NCBI RefSeq assembly: GCF_001194135.2
Contig: NC_068996.1
Location: 6,289,281 to 6,327,512 of the forward strand
Length of the DNA stretch: 38,232 nt
From: Octopus bimaculoides
Lineage: Eukaryota
Direction of reading: 5' to 3'
The translations under genes and the position numbers were made by a program. Positions within the stretch are counted from its first letter, which is position 1. Each line of letters begins with the position of its first letter. Below, piece by piece: positions 1-10,396 of the stretch. The notes under the pieces are model-generated. The model searched no databases and was not told the origin of the DNA. It saw nothing but the letters and a program-made list of their open reading frames with translations.

Positions 1-153
1 AAACAGAATCATATAAATACATAAAGATGGTTTGAATAATAATTATTATAATTATTATTTTTTTTTTCTAAAATCACTTTTCACTTCACACCCACAAATA
101 TTTATTGCTTTATTGTGGTGGTGTGTTGTTGTTGTTATTATTATTATTATTAA

Positions 154-372
154 GGCGGTGAGCTGGCAGAATCGTTAGCATGCTGAGCGAAATGCTTAGC
201 AGTATTTCGTCTATCATAACGTTCTGAGTTCAAATGCCGCTGGGGTCAACTTTGCCTTTCATCCTTTCGGGGTCGATAAATTAAGTACCAGTTGCGTACT
301 GGGGTCGATCTAATCGACTGGCCCCCTCCCACCAAATGTCAGGCCTTGTGCCTATAGTAGAAAGGATTATTT
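154..372 (+). mobile_element. tRNA-derived SINE with Deu/Nin-like central domain
   Basis: A-box-like GGCGGTGAGCTGGCAGAA, B-box GAGTTCAAATGCC (226-238), central GCCTTTCATCCTTTCGGGGTCGATAAATTAAGTACCAG. Several further copies in the window. Confidence 0.85.
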
Positions 373-718
373 TTATTATTTTATTATTTATAAGCCACGA
401 AAAATCAAAATAAAATAAATAAAGGTTGAGGTGATTAAAAAAAAAAAAAATACACAGGAGATCACTTGCAGGAATTTTCAGGTTGCTACAGGAATGAGGG
501 TGGGGTGACAAACTGTGGGAAAGAAATATATATATATATATATATATATATAGAAGAAAAAAAAGACAAAAAAGAAGAAAGTTCATTTTCTCTTGAAAGA
601 AGATATTTCGGGCAATAAAAGTGATTGAGAAGATTAAGATTAAAAATAAAACGAAAAATTCTATGAAAGACGTATGTATGTTGTAGTAGTAGTTAAACTG
701 GTTGATGATAAGTCTGGG

Positions 719-985
719 TTATGATTGGAAAGAACTTGGAATACTACGTTTCAAAGCTGATAGCTGTTCTTGTCCAAGGAAGATTTTGTCTTCCAGTTCT
801 TGTGATTCTATAATCAGACGGGATTTCATTGAAAGATAATAGTGGTAATCCTTCAAATCCTCATCAGAAAGATAGTGTTTCAGGATGTTAGAAATTTGTT
901 CTTGGCGTCTGTCAATGTCTGACTTGAGTTGTTTAGCTTCTTCGTGCTGCCGACTTAGCTTGTCGCGTTTCTCAATAGCAAGCTC
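719..985 (-). CDS. shroom: Shroom-family protein, last coding exon (C-terminal coiled coil of the ASD2/SD2 domain)
   Basis: Acceptor ttttgtttccctttcAG at 986-987, then ELAIEKRDKLSRQHEEAKQLKSDIDRRQEQISNILKHYLSDEDLKDYHYYLSMKSRLIIESQELEDKIFLGQEQLSALKRSIPSSFQS, stop TAA at 719-721. Matches the remembered ASD2 C-terminus (..L..Q.E.AK.LK....RRE......L...L..Y..F..MK..LIIE..ELE.KI.LG.EQL..L..S). 267 nt, phase 0. Confidence 0.93.
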   Translation of the reverse strand, partial: ELAIEKRDKLSRQHEEAKQLKSDIDRRQEQISNILKHYLSDEDLKDYHYYLSMKSRLIIESQELEDKIFLGQEQLSALKRSIPSSFQS

Positions 986-1449
986 CTGAAAGGGAAACAA
1001 AAGAATATTCTTGAATAGTAGAGCTTCCATGTAGTTACTCAATCAATTATAAAATAGCAGCTAACTCTCTCCCTCTCAAATTACACTGTTTTAAAGACAC
1101 AATACTGTAGTCTGGGGTCCAAACTAAACCCACTCATATTTTTGGCACCGTACAATAAGCAACCCACCCACTTTTACATTTTTTAAAACTTTTTTCAGAT
1201 TCTGACATTTTTGTTAACAGAAATTTCGATTCTGACATAAAAATTGGCATTTCAAAATTTAAATTCTCCCACCAACCCCCCCTTGTTTTTTCTTTCACTT
1301 TTTTGTGAAAACTATTTTTGGATTCTATGTAGAAAAATATGGACATTATGATTTCTGAAAAAAGTTTTTTTCTAAAATTTTAATTTAAAAAAACAACAAA
1401 AACAATTGACACCCCTCCCACCCACACCAATATTCCAGATGTTTTTAAA

Positions 1450-1636
1450 CTCATTCACTCATACAGACGTGATTTTCAGCCAGTACACGTAGTTAAGTCT
1501 AGAAGGTCCTCATCTTGTTTGTTGTCAACACAACATTTCGGCTGATATGCCCTCCAGCCTTCATCAGGTGTCTTGGGGAAATTTCAAACCTGGGTTCTCA
1601 TTCCTAAGCTATTTTTTGATGTTGTTATTATTATTA
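1450..1636 (-). mobile_element. Repeat carrying the hammerhead motif (Penelope pLTR or retrozyme-like unit), cut off by the gap
   Basis: Non-simple sequence around the hammerhead core, ending in (TTA)n at the gap edge. Family assignment is inferred from the ribozyme; boundaries approximate. Confidence 0.4.
1527..1572 (-). ncRNA. Minimal type I hammerhead ribozyme motif (Penelope/retrozyme type), probably degenerate
   Basis: Minus strand reads GACAC-CUGAUGA-A-GGCUG-gagggcauau-CAGCC-GAAA-UG-UU-GUGUU: both core boxes, a perfect 5-bp stem II, a 5-bp stem I (one G.U), and stem III reduced to A-UG-U. Confidence 0.6.
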
Positions 1637-2354
1637 NNNNNNNNNNNNNNNNNNNNNNNNNNNNNNNNNNNNNNNNNNNNNNNNNNNNNNNNNNNNNNNN
1701 NNNNNNNNNNNNNNNNNNNNNNNNNNNNNNNNNNNNNNNNNNNNNNNNNNNNNNNNNNNNNNNNNNNNNNNNNNNNNNNNNNNNNNNNNNNNNNNNNNNN
1801 NNNNNNNNNNNNNNNNNNNNNNNNNNNNNNNNNNNNNNNNNNNNNNNNNNNNNNNNNNNNNNNNNNNNNNNNNNNNNNNNNNNNNNNNNNNNNNNNNNNN
1901 NNNNNNNNNNNNNNNNNNNNNNNNNNNNNNNNNNNNNNNNNNNNNNNNNNNNNNNNNNNNNNNNNNNNNNNNNNNNNNNNNNNNNNNNNNNNNNNNNNNN
2001 NNNNNNNNNNNNNNNNNNNNNNNNNNNNNNNNNNNNNNNNNNNNNNNNNNNNNNNNNNNNNNNNNNNNNNNNNNNNNNNNNNNNNNNNNNNNNNNNNNNN
2101 NNNNNNNNNNNNNNNNNNNNNNNNNNNNNNNNNNNNNNNNNNNNNNNNNNNNNNNNNNNNNNNNNNNNNNNNNNNNNNNNNNNNNNNNNNNNNNNNNNNN
2201 NNNNNNNNNNNNNNNNNNNNNNNNNNNNNNNNNNNNNNNNNNNNNNNNNNNNNNNNNNNNNNNNNNNNNNNNNNNNNNNNNNNNNNNNNNNNNNNNNNNN
2301 NNNNNNNNNNNNNNNNNNNNNNNNNNNNNNNNNNNNNNNNNNNNNNNNNNNNNN
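1637..2354. other. Assembly gap (718 N)
   Basis: N run flanked by (TTA)n and (TA)n. Other gaps: 12560-12884, 21368-22317, 28574-28962. Confidence 1.
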
Positions 2355-2430
2355 ATATATATATATATATATGAATGAATGTATGTATGTATATATACTC
2401 ACACACACACAGATACATACATATCATGTG

Positions 2431-2466
<36 letters not shown>

Positions 2467-2546
2467 ACATAAATATACACACCCACATATGAATCATACT
2501 AGCATGGAAGGCGGATGTTAAACAATGATGATAATGATAGCTGGAG

Positions 2547-2747
2547 ATTGTCGTATGCAAAGCAGATGTAACAACCATAGGACCAAACGGGCAACTAACC
2601 GTGCAAAAGTATGTGGGGGCAACTGAAGGCCCCTTCAGAACCTGCTTTAACAACCACAAGTCCTCCAACATCTTGGAGAGACCCAACACTATAACTCTGG
2701 CCAAGCACATTTGGTTTTTGAAAGGAAGCACCACCGATATGATATAA
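2547..2747 (+). mobile_element. Penelope-like element GIY-YIG endonuclease remnant
   Basis: Hand translation IVVCKADVTT...QKYVGATEGPFRTCFNNHKSSN...NTITLAKHIWFLK, matching PLE endonuclease motifs (VYKA.V...YIG.TE..FK.R.NNH..SF...T.LSK.IW.LK). No start codon or RT upstream. Confidence 0.75.
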
Positions 2748-2922
2748 TTTGTTCCCAACAAATGTTATAAGCTGGTGTTTATCACACACACACAGACACA
2801 AAGGAAGTCACTTAATATAATCAGAAAGAATATCATCGAAATTAGTTGGTTCCAAACACATTCAGAAATTTCTTATGGTAATTTAGTCATAAAAAAAAAG
2901 TTTGAAAGTAAAATAAACAAAC

Positions 2923-3024
2923 CTTTTCACCCAAACTGTTGATTTCCAGGATTTCTCTTTCCACACTTTGCTTTGCATCACGGAGAACGTCAAGTTTCTT
3001 CATAATGCTGATCCTTAATCCTTC
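2923..3024 (-). CDS. shroom: Shroom internal exon (ASD2 first helix)
   Basis: Acceptor ctgtgtttcAG at 3025-3026, donor AAG|GTttgt at 2921-2922. 102 nt = EGLRISIMKKLDVLRDAKQSVEREILEINSLGEK, matching ASD2 EL..SI..KL..L......L...I..N..LG..V. Not in the ORF track; translated by hand. Confidence 0.88.
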
Positions 3025-3655
3025 CTGAAACACAGATTATTATTTTTTTTTTTTTAAAAGTCATAACCATATATTTTTATTGAAATATGCTGTCTTTGTT
3101 CCAATTAAGTTTGAAAATAACTTTGTTATTGTTAAGCTGCTGTTTGGAACATAGGTTAAGATGGAAACTTTTAATTTACTTCACATTAAAAGAAAGTTTG
3201 TATTATAGAACTGAAGTGGTGCTGATCTTAAATTGGTTGGCATTAAAAAGATTAATGTTCAGAAAGCAATATTTAACTTGGACATGTAATACCTTACATT
3301 ACTGATTCCTTACATAGTCACATAGCCCTCAGATTTAGCTAGATGGGTACCGAAACCATTTAGACAGACTCCAGTATTTGAAATGGGCTTATTTTATTGA
3401 TATGTCAGCCTTTAGGATAGTAGAGCAAAGTTGACTTTGTTCAGATTTAAAAAACAGCAGAATATAAAATGGGTCACAAGAAAATAATTGTTTCTGATTT
3501 AAGTATAAAACCCTCAGTTTTGACCATTAACCTAGACCAGATATGAACTCAGGACATAGCATATATAATTTATCAAAAGTTGAATTTTATTAGTATAAAG
3601 AGTATGGTTATATTTCAGACAACTTGTTTAATTAAACTATATAATATATATATAG

Positions 3656-3874
3656 GTCGATGCCAGTGCTACCTGAGTGGCCCTTGCACTGGTGGCATGT
3701 AAAAAGCACCCACTACACTCTCGGAGTGGTTAGCATTAGGAAGGGCATCCAACTGTAGAAACCTTGTTAGATCAGATTGGAGCCTGGTGCAGCCTTCTGG
3801 CTTACCAGTCCTCAGTCAAATCATCCAACCCATGCCAACATGGAAAGTGGATGTTAAACGATGATGACGATGAT
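3656..3874 (+). mobile_element. (GAT)n-tailed short retroelement (SINE or LINE 3' end)
   Basis: GGCATGTAAAAAGCACCCACTACACTCTCGGAGTGGTTAGCATTAGGAAGGGCATCC...CCAACCCATGCCAACATGGAAAGTGGATGTTAAACGATGATGA. Homologous copies near 13404-13600 (-), 24340-24500 (+), 30500-30695 (+) and 31014-31177 (-). Confidence 0.75.
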
Positions 3875-4019
3875 ATATATATATTGCATAATTAAGCAAC
3901 AGATCTGTATTCTGAGTATTTTCTTCCACATCACTGTTAGAGTGGAATATGCTATACTATTCTTTCACCAACAATTTTTATGATCTGCATGATGAAAAAA
4001 AGGAAAATAGAAACACACA

Positions 4020-4265
4020 CATGACAATGCTTGATCACAGGCTTCACTAATGACACTCCAGAAGTCAAGGGAACTTGGTTACGAAGTTCTTCCCCACCCA
4101 GCTTATTACCCAGACCTTTCTCCTACTGACTATCTCTTTTTCAAGCACCTTGATGGTTTCTTGTGAGAGAAAGAGCTCAAAATTCAAACCGATGTTGAAA
4201 GTGCATTCAAAGAGTTCATCAGCTCCAGAACTCCAGATTTTTATGTTACCAGAACAAACTTGTAA
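4020..4265 (+). mobile_element. Mariner (DD34D) transposase C-terminal remnant
   Basis: HDNA*SQASLMTLQKSRELGYEVLPHPAYYPDLSPTDYLFFKHLDGFL*EKELKIQTDVESAFKEFISSRTPDFY. 34 residues between the HDNA and PTDY aspartates; two in-frame stops. Confidence 0.88.
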
Positions 4266-4649
4266 CTCACACACACACACACAAAAACAGTTTAAATTTC
4301 AGCTCTTTAAGGAAAAGGTTCAAGTCATTATTTGGAAAGAGTTTTTAAGTTAAATAAAATCTAAGTTTCCAAGACTTGTAATAAATAAGAATGTTTAAAT
4401 AAAAAGCTGAGAGAAACACCACGTGCAAACTTTTCTGCTAACCCTTTGCCTTATATACTTTATCAACAATTCCTTATTTACTAATCACTGTTGCACTGTA
4501 ATTGATCTTTCGAACCAAGGAAAATTGTATTTCCATTGGTTTTCCAATTGTTTGTAAAATTTCTCATGCTCAGAATTATTGACAGAAGCGTCAATGATTT
4601 CTCTTTCTTTTTCTGAAGCTAGGAGGCAGGGTTTGAATTCAGAATTCAC

Positions 4650-5337
4650 ATATTTGGAACTGGTACCACAAGAAGTACCCCTACCTTAACCTTCCTAATT
4701 AATCAACTGCACCTCTTGTGTGTCTATAGTTTACACTTGGTACACTGTATGGAGTTCCTGCGTACACCTTTCTTACAAATTGAACAGAGCTACCTACTTG
4801 AGGAGGGTAGGGTCCTGTCAGTTTTCTTGCTTACTAGGAGCTTAGCCTTTTTTAAGTTAACCTTGGGGCACTTAAATTCCAGGTTTTGCTACCCTACCTG
4901 GAATTTCTTGCCTAATTCTGATATAGAATCTGCTATAGGGCAAGATCATCAGCATATAGTAATTCTCAGAGGCTGCTGGCCTTCAATTCTTCTGTTATGG
5001 CCTGGAGGACAATGATGAAAAGGAAGGGACTAAGGACTGAGTCTTGATGAACCCTTACCTGTACACAAAATTCTTTGCTGTACTCATGGTTAACTCTCAC
5101 CTTACTGACAGTGTCTTTGTACAGCCTTTCACCAGCCACTCATCTACCCCTAGCTTCCTCAGAGTCCACCATATTTACACAGAGAGGCATTCTATCAAAA
5201 GCTTTCTCTAGATCAACGAATGCCACATATTATGGTTTATTCTTAGCTAAGTAATTCTCTTGCAGTTGCCTGACTATGAAAATAACATCAATAGTGACTC
5301 TTCCTCAAACAAAGCTGAACTGCATTTTGTCTACCAG
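4650..5337 (-). mobile_element. RTE-clade LINE reverse transcriptase remnant
   Basis: Minus-strand translation: KMQFSFV*GRVTIDVIFIVRQLQENYLAKNKP*YVAFVDLEKAFDR...VRVHQDSVLSPFLFIIVLQAITEE...ELLYADDLALIA...CSICKKGVRRNSIQCTKCK. RT motifs are recognisable, with several stops. Confidence 0.88.
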
Positions 5338-5594
5338 GCTATAACTCTCTCTCTCTCTCTCTCTCTAATTGGGTGTCTAATTTAACAGCAAGATTGAATG
5401 CATATAAATATGACTTAATCCATTTATATATTTGTCTATAATTCTGAATGTATTGGTACTGTAGTAATTGTCTGTCCCTACAATTCTGATAATAATATGG
5501 GTACTATCATAGTTGATCACTCATCTAAAAGCAGTGGCAAACTTTTTGGAGAGATACTTAATCCATTCTTTCACTGCAAAGTCCAGTGCTCGTT

Positions 5595-5750
5595 ATGATG
5601 TGGTGGCTTGTAAGCCCTAATGACCCTGAGCTATGCCAGCTGAGCACAAGCTTCTCTCATGTTGGGCAGGTAAAGGACAGAGGCCTGACCAATATGAACT
5701 ACCACTTCCCAGACGTAAAGGTGGGTTTGCATAGGGCTAACCCCTCTATC
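5595..5750 (+). mobile_element. Possible RTE/Expander-like LINE 5' UTR fragment
   Basis: ATGACCCTGAGCTATGCC...GGGCAGGTAAAGGACAGAGGCCTGAC...GGGTTTGCATAGGGCTAACCC resembles remembered RTE-clade 5' UTRs. Recognition only. Confidence 0.35.
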
Positions 5751-6012
5751 TTGAACAAAATAAAGATACAGAAGCATTGATGAGAATTAAAACCCAACAA
5801 AACCTGGGAGAGGAAGGGAGAGCCCAGAGTTGAGAATATGGGAACAAAGTCACCAATGACTAATGTACCACTGAGAGTGAAAGGCTTAAATAAGTTACTC
5901 CACCCTTGGTAACTTGTGCAAGTGGTGGTGAAAACAACAATGGTTGATTTTAAAAGCTCAAGAAATCCCCTAGCAAGCACAATAAATAGACACATTTCTG
6001 AATAAGTATTTT

Positions 6013-6390
6013 AGGCATGGTTATGTGGTAAGAAGTTTGCATTCCAACCACATAGTTCTGGGTTCAGTTCCATTGTGTGGAACTTTAGGCATGTGCCTAC
6101 CAAAGCCTTGTGAGTGGATTTGGTAAACAACAAAACAGAAACAAGCCCATTGTATATATGTGTATGTGCTTATGTCTGTTTGTTCCCTACCATCACTTGA
6201 CAGCCGGTGTTGCTGTGTTTATGTTCCCATTTCCATAACTTAGCAGTTCATCAAAAGAGGATGATAGAATAAGTACCAGGCTTTAAAAAAAAAAGTACTG
6301 GCAAAGATTTTTTGCAACTAAAATTCTTGAAGGTCTCAGCATAACCGCCTACAAGCTAATGACTGAAGCAGATACAAAGCATAAGAAAAA
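6013..6390 (+). mobile_element. CORE-type tRNA-derived SINE with internal microsatellite and 3' domain
   Basis: GTGGTAAGAAGTTTGCATTCCAACCACATAGTTCTGGGTTCAGTTCC head, AAAGCCTTGTGAGTGGATTTGGTA, (TATG)-rich linker, 3' domain CATCACTTGACAGCCGGTGTTG. Many copies in the window. Confidence 0.8.
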
Positions 6391-6853
6391 TGTAATGTTT
6401 TTGAAAGAAATATCTGCAACACAGATCTGAGCAAAAACTACGACACATACATGTGAACAGTATAAGGGTCAGACATTTAAATTCTTTATCTCTATTTTTA
6501 AAAGATTAGCTCAGTTTAATAATTGTGAGTTGTTTCCCTTGCTCTATGAATGTCACAAATTTCATATTTTCAACTATGTCTATCTGCATGCATATTGTTT
6601 TTTTTTTTACGTCTGTTTTTCCATACTTGTACAGGTTAGATGACTATTTCAGTTTGATGCTCTTCCTGTCACTAGCACCTATCTGTTTCTCCAACAAGTG
6701 ATGTCTTATTCCATTCGGTTTTGAAGGTGTGAAGCAAATGGATGATTTGTTGAAAAGAAACTGACACCATCACCACCAGCACATTGTGTCACAAATTTCA
6801 CAGATGTGAGTGAAATGTAAACTAACACACAAATACACACACGTGTGCAATGT

Positions 6854-7009
6854 TCTTCTTTCAGTTTCTGTCTATCAAATCCGCTCTCAAGGCTTTGGTT
6901 GGCCTGAGGCTATAGTAGAAGACAATTACCCAAGATGCCATGCACGGCACTGGACTTGAAATAACATGGTTGGGAAGCAAACTGCTTCACCACATGACCA
7001 TGCCTTTGC
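6854..7009 (-). mobile_element. CORE-type SINE (head and core)
   Basis: CAGTTTCTGTCTATCAAATCCGCTCTCAAGGCTTTGG...TATAGTAGAAGACAATTACCCAAGATGCC, inverted relative to 6013-6390. Confidence 0.8.
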
Positions 7010-7044
7010 CTAAAGTCATACATACATACATGCCTGTATACATA

Positions 7045-7469
7045 CCGTAAATCCTCAAGTATAATCCGCACTTTTTTCCCAAAATTTAAGGGTCAAAATC
7101 CCTAGTGCGTACTATATATGAGGTTAAAAATGAAAAATATTTTCTAAGCAAAATTTTCTAAATGATAAATATGTGAAAGGCAATTAACTTAATATTTATT
7201 TTTCACTGACGTTATTACTGTTATTTCTTTATTTTCTGCAAAGTGCACAAAAAAGCTACACGTTTGCATTATGTTATATATACAATAATAATAAAGGACG
7301 TTACCGTATATATGTTTACAAACCAAGGACGTTATATAGACCTCCTTGACTCAAGTTAGAGAAGGGGTGCATATTATACACAAGGTTTAGGTTTTTCAGA
7401 GGTACAGCCCCCCAAAAATCCCCTGCGTATTATTATACTCAATGGCGGACTATACTCAAGGATTTACGG
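7045..7469. mobile_element. 425-bp MITE (Tc1/mariner-pogo type) with TA target duplication
   Basis: Left end CCGTAAATCCTCAAGTATAATCCGC versus reverse complement of the right end CCGTAAATCCTTGAGTATAGTCCGC (22/25). TA at 7043-7044 and 7470-7471. Confidence 0.88.
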
Positions 7470-7944
7470 TACATACATACATATATATACAAGTGTTTTT
7501 ATGCATACTACACTACATCACTTTGTACAAACCATTCTTATTTTTATTTTACAAAGTGCCAAAGTTTTAGAACATTTTCTATTTTCCTAACAAGTATGGC
7601 TAGCCAGATACATCGCTTTGTTTCTGCATGTCAACCAATTAGTGCTTTCAAGCATTTGTCCCCCCATCATCATCAGCTCTTTATACATTGAATGCTATGT
7701 TCTATGTTCAGTTGAGAGCACAATTAAATGCTCATCGTTGAAACTGACAAAGGACCTTTATCATGATAAAAAAGAGCAAAACCAAAAAGAAAACTCCCAA
7801 TATAAAAACCTCCACCTAAATTAGAATTTCTTATCTTGTCATTATTATTTTATATCATTCAAGTAAATATTTATCTTTGCTTCTTGCAAGAAAAGTTAGC
7901 AGAATTATTCATCAAAATTACTCATCATATTGTATTAGGAATCT

Positions 7945-8312
7945 TTTATCTTTTATTTGTTTTCAGTCATTGGACTGCTGCCATGCTGGGGCAATGCCTT
8001 GAAGGGTTTTAGTCAAACCAGTCAACCTCCAACACTCATTTATTTATTTTTTTAAAGCCTGGTACTTACTTCATCGCTATCTTGTTGCCAAATCACTGCT
8101 GTGGGGATGTAAATAAACCAACACTGGTTGTGAAGCAGTGGTGGGAAATAGACAAACACACACACACAAGCTTCATGCAGTTTCTGTCTACCAAATCCAC
8201 TCACAAGGCTTTGGCTAGCCTGCGACTATAGTAGAAGACTCTTGTCCAAGGTGTCACACAGTGGAACACAGCCTTGAACTATGTGGTTGGGAAGCAAGCT
8301 TCTTACAGTACA
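7945..8312 (-). mobile_element. CORE-type SINE, long form
   Basis: 3' domain (GGACTGCTGCCATGCTGGGGCA...) followed by CAGTTTCTGTCTACCAAATCCACTCACAAGGCTTTGG and the tRNA-like head. Confidence 0.8.
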
Positions 8313-8336
8313 GCCTTTCTCTTGCTCTTCCTCTCT

Positions 8337-8370
<34 letters not shown>

Positions 8371-9337
8371 ACACAGCTTTCCATATACATCATCATATAT
8401 ACATCTTTCTATTTACAAAAAAGTAAACACAAATGACACTTAAATGTTGATCGGCCTTGATTAAAAATCCTCATGACTAAATCATTCTACATAATTAAAT
8501 CTATCATTCATAACAAGCCATTTGACATTACAGTAACTGTATTCTTTGGTAGATCTATCAACTTGAGAGTAAACCTTTTCAAAAAGACCACTTACTGATA
8601 AAAGCTGCATTGTATATAACCTTCAACCCTAGTATTAACTGTAAGACCAGGAATGTGACTTACAGCATAAAATTCATGGAGGATGATCGTTAGAACCAAA
8701 ATACAGCATACGTCAGGCTGACTTCTAGGAGTTTAGCAGAGACTACATGACACAGGCAGAGGTATAATGACCACAGTTATCTTTACTCTATCAGCATGTC
8801 TATAGAAAATATATTTTAAATACAAATATATTTTACTCTAAGTACGTACAAGCATACACACACACATGCATGTGTACAGGTACATATTCTTTGTTTACTT
8901 TCACCCTTTCCTTCTCTTGTAAGCAATCACACATCTAACATACACATACACACGAGCATAAGACTAATTCTCAGATAGACTCAAGGTAGACCTTGAAGAG
9001 AGAGAGAGGATATGTCATTGATGGGGGTCATGAATAGTGACAGAAGTACCTTGACAAACACACAACCATTTCATTGTTTAACCAACACAGAAAACAAACG
9101 ACCAATTAGTTAGTTAGTTAGATAGATATTTAACTAGTTGACTAATGATAGAAAAATGATTTTGAACCAGTGTGTGTGTTTATTATTTTTGGCGTAAAGA
9201 CCCTACCAAGACACACACACACACACACATAAAAAAAAAAACCCTAAGAAAATTTCAGAGATTTACCCAATAAAAGCTCATTTACTAAAATGACATTTTG
9301 AATAAAAATAATGATGATGATGATGATGATGATGATA

Positions 9338-9838
9338 CAGTACCAGGCATTGGCTCTCATGGCTTCTGATCTTAATTGATTGGAAGTGTTATCATGTACA
9401 TTGTTTTGACTTGGTATAAAAAGATGGGCTACAACAATTATTCTGCTTGTCAGTTGCTTGACCTTAACCAGTTGAGCAGAAATAGTGGGAGAGCATCATA
9501 GCCATGTGTTGAGAGGAATTCTTTGGAGTTTGAATAATTCACCTCTGGAAACATGGGTGTTTTGCTCAACATCCTTAAACAAACCTTATTCAGGGACCTT
9601 TTGAACAGGACAGGCTACTTGGCCTGAAGAAAATTAAATTCTAACAGGGCCCCACCTGCAAGGTCACACGCTGTTCATCTTGATATGAGATCACCATGTT
9701 GCGAACATATAGTTGTGATACATGCGCCTGGTATACCCTTATCAGACGGGTAGTCAAGATAGGTATACTGGGCTTTGTATATCTTACCCCAGTGTCACTT
9801 TGATGGCATGCACTGCTCTCTCACTCAATAATAATAAT
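9338..9838 (+). mobile_element. Probable 3' end of a non-LTR element with (AAT)n tail
   Basis: ~500-bp block richer in GC than its flanks, ending ...CACTGCTCTCTCACTC-AATAATAATAAT and bounded on the left by (ATG)n. No protein motif identified. Confidence 0.35.
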
Positions 9839-10330
9839 GTTTTAATATATAATATAAAAGAAACATGATAATAATCAGAAGCAACCCATCCAACTACCCT
9901 CTGTAATTTCATGAGTGGGTTTTGTATCTGGTTGTAGATAGCTTAAATTGGCAAATTCCATTTATATTAACATAGGAGACAAGAAAGATTGAATCTTCTG
10001 GCTGAAAGTAATGTGAGCAGTGACAGCTTAGGTAGTTAAGAAAACTACTTGTAACTAACATAGCAAAGAAAAAAAATGTAGATCAACAGAATAGAAATAA
10101 TGTTATATCAACAAGGAAGAGTAAATTAATTTCTTTTAAATCCCAAACAAATTGAATTCTATCTTTGTACCAGAAAAAAAAAAGCACAAGAGGAATACGA
10201 ACAGAAAGAAAAAAGAAAAAGACAAGAAACCAAGAAAGAAGACAAATGACAGGACCCCTCCCTCACTGCCCCCCTGCCAGAAGACCCAGATATAGAAAGA
10301 TATGAAGTGGTAAACTTAAAAGGTAAAGGA

Positions 10331-10361
<31 letters not shown>

Positions 10362-10363
10362 AA

Positions 10364-10396
<33 letters not shown>

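Noticed and set aside
101-380. AATAAA hexamers on the minus strand as the Shroom polyadenylation signal
   Set aside because: They lie in A/T-rich simple repeats where the hexamer is frequent; not assignable without 3'-end data.
986-1042. N-terminal MSNYMEALLFKNILLFPFQ of track ORF 719..1042
   Set aside because: Intronic: it includes the polypyrimidine tract and AG acceptor, and ASD2 similarity starts at 985.
1547-2472. Long ORFs spanning N runs (also 12441-12998, 21164-22379, 28428-29034)
   Set aside because: They are open only because X residues contain no stops; the flanks translate microsatellites or SINE sequence.
2923-2930. Alternative donor TTGG|GTGAAA at 2929-2930
   Set aside because: It would shift the frame by 8 nt and lose LGEK, which fits the conserved LG..V motif.
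5595-5750. HDV-like ribozyme in the putative RTE 5' UTR
   Set aside because: GGCUAA is present, but I could not build P1/P2/P3 in the required nested double-pseudoknot order by hand. A covariance-model search would be decisive.
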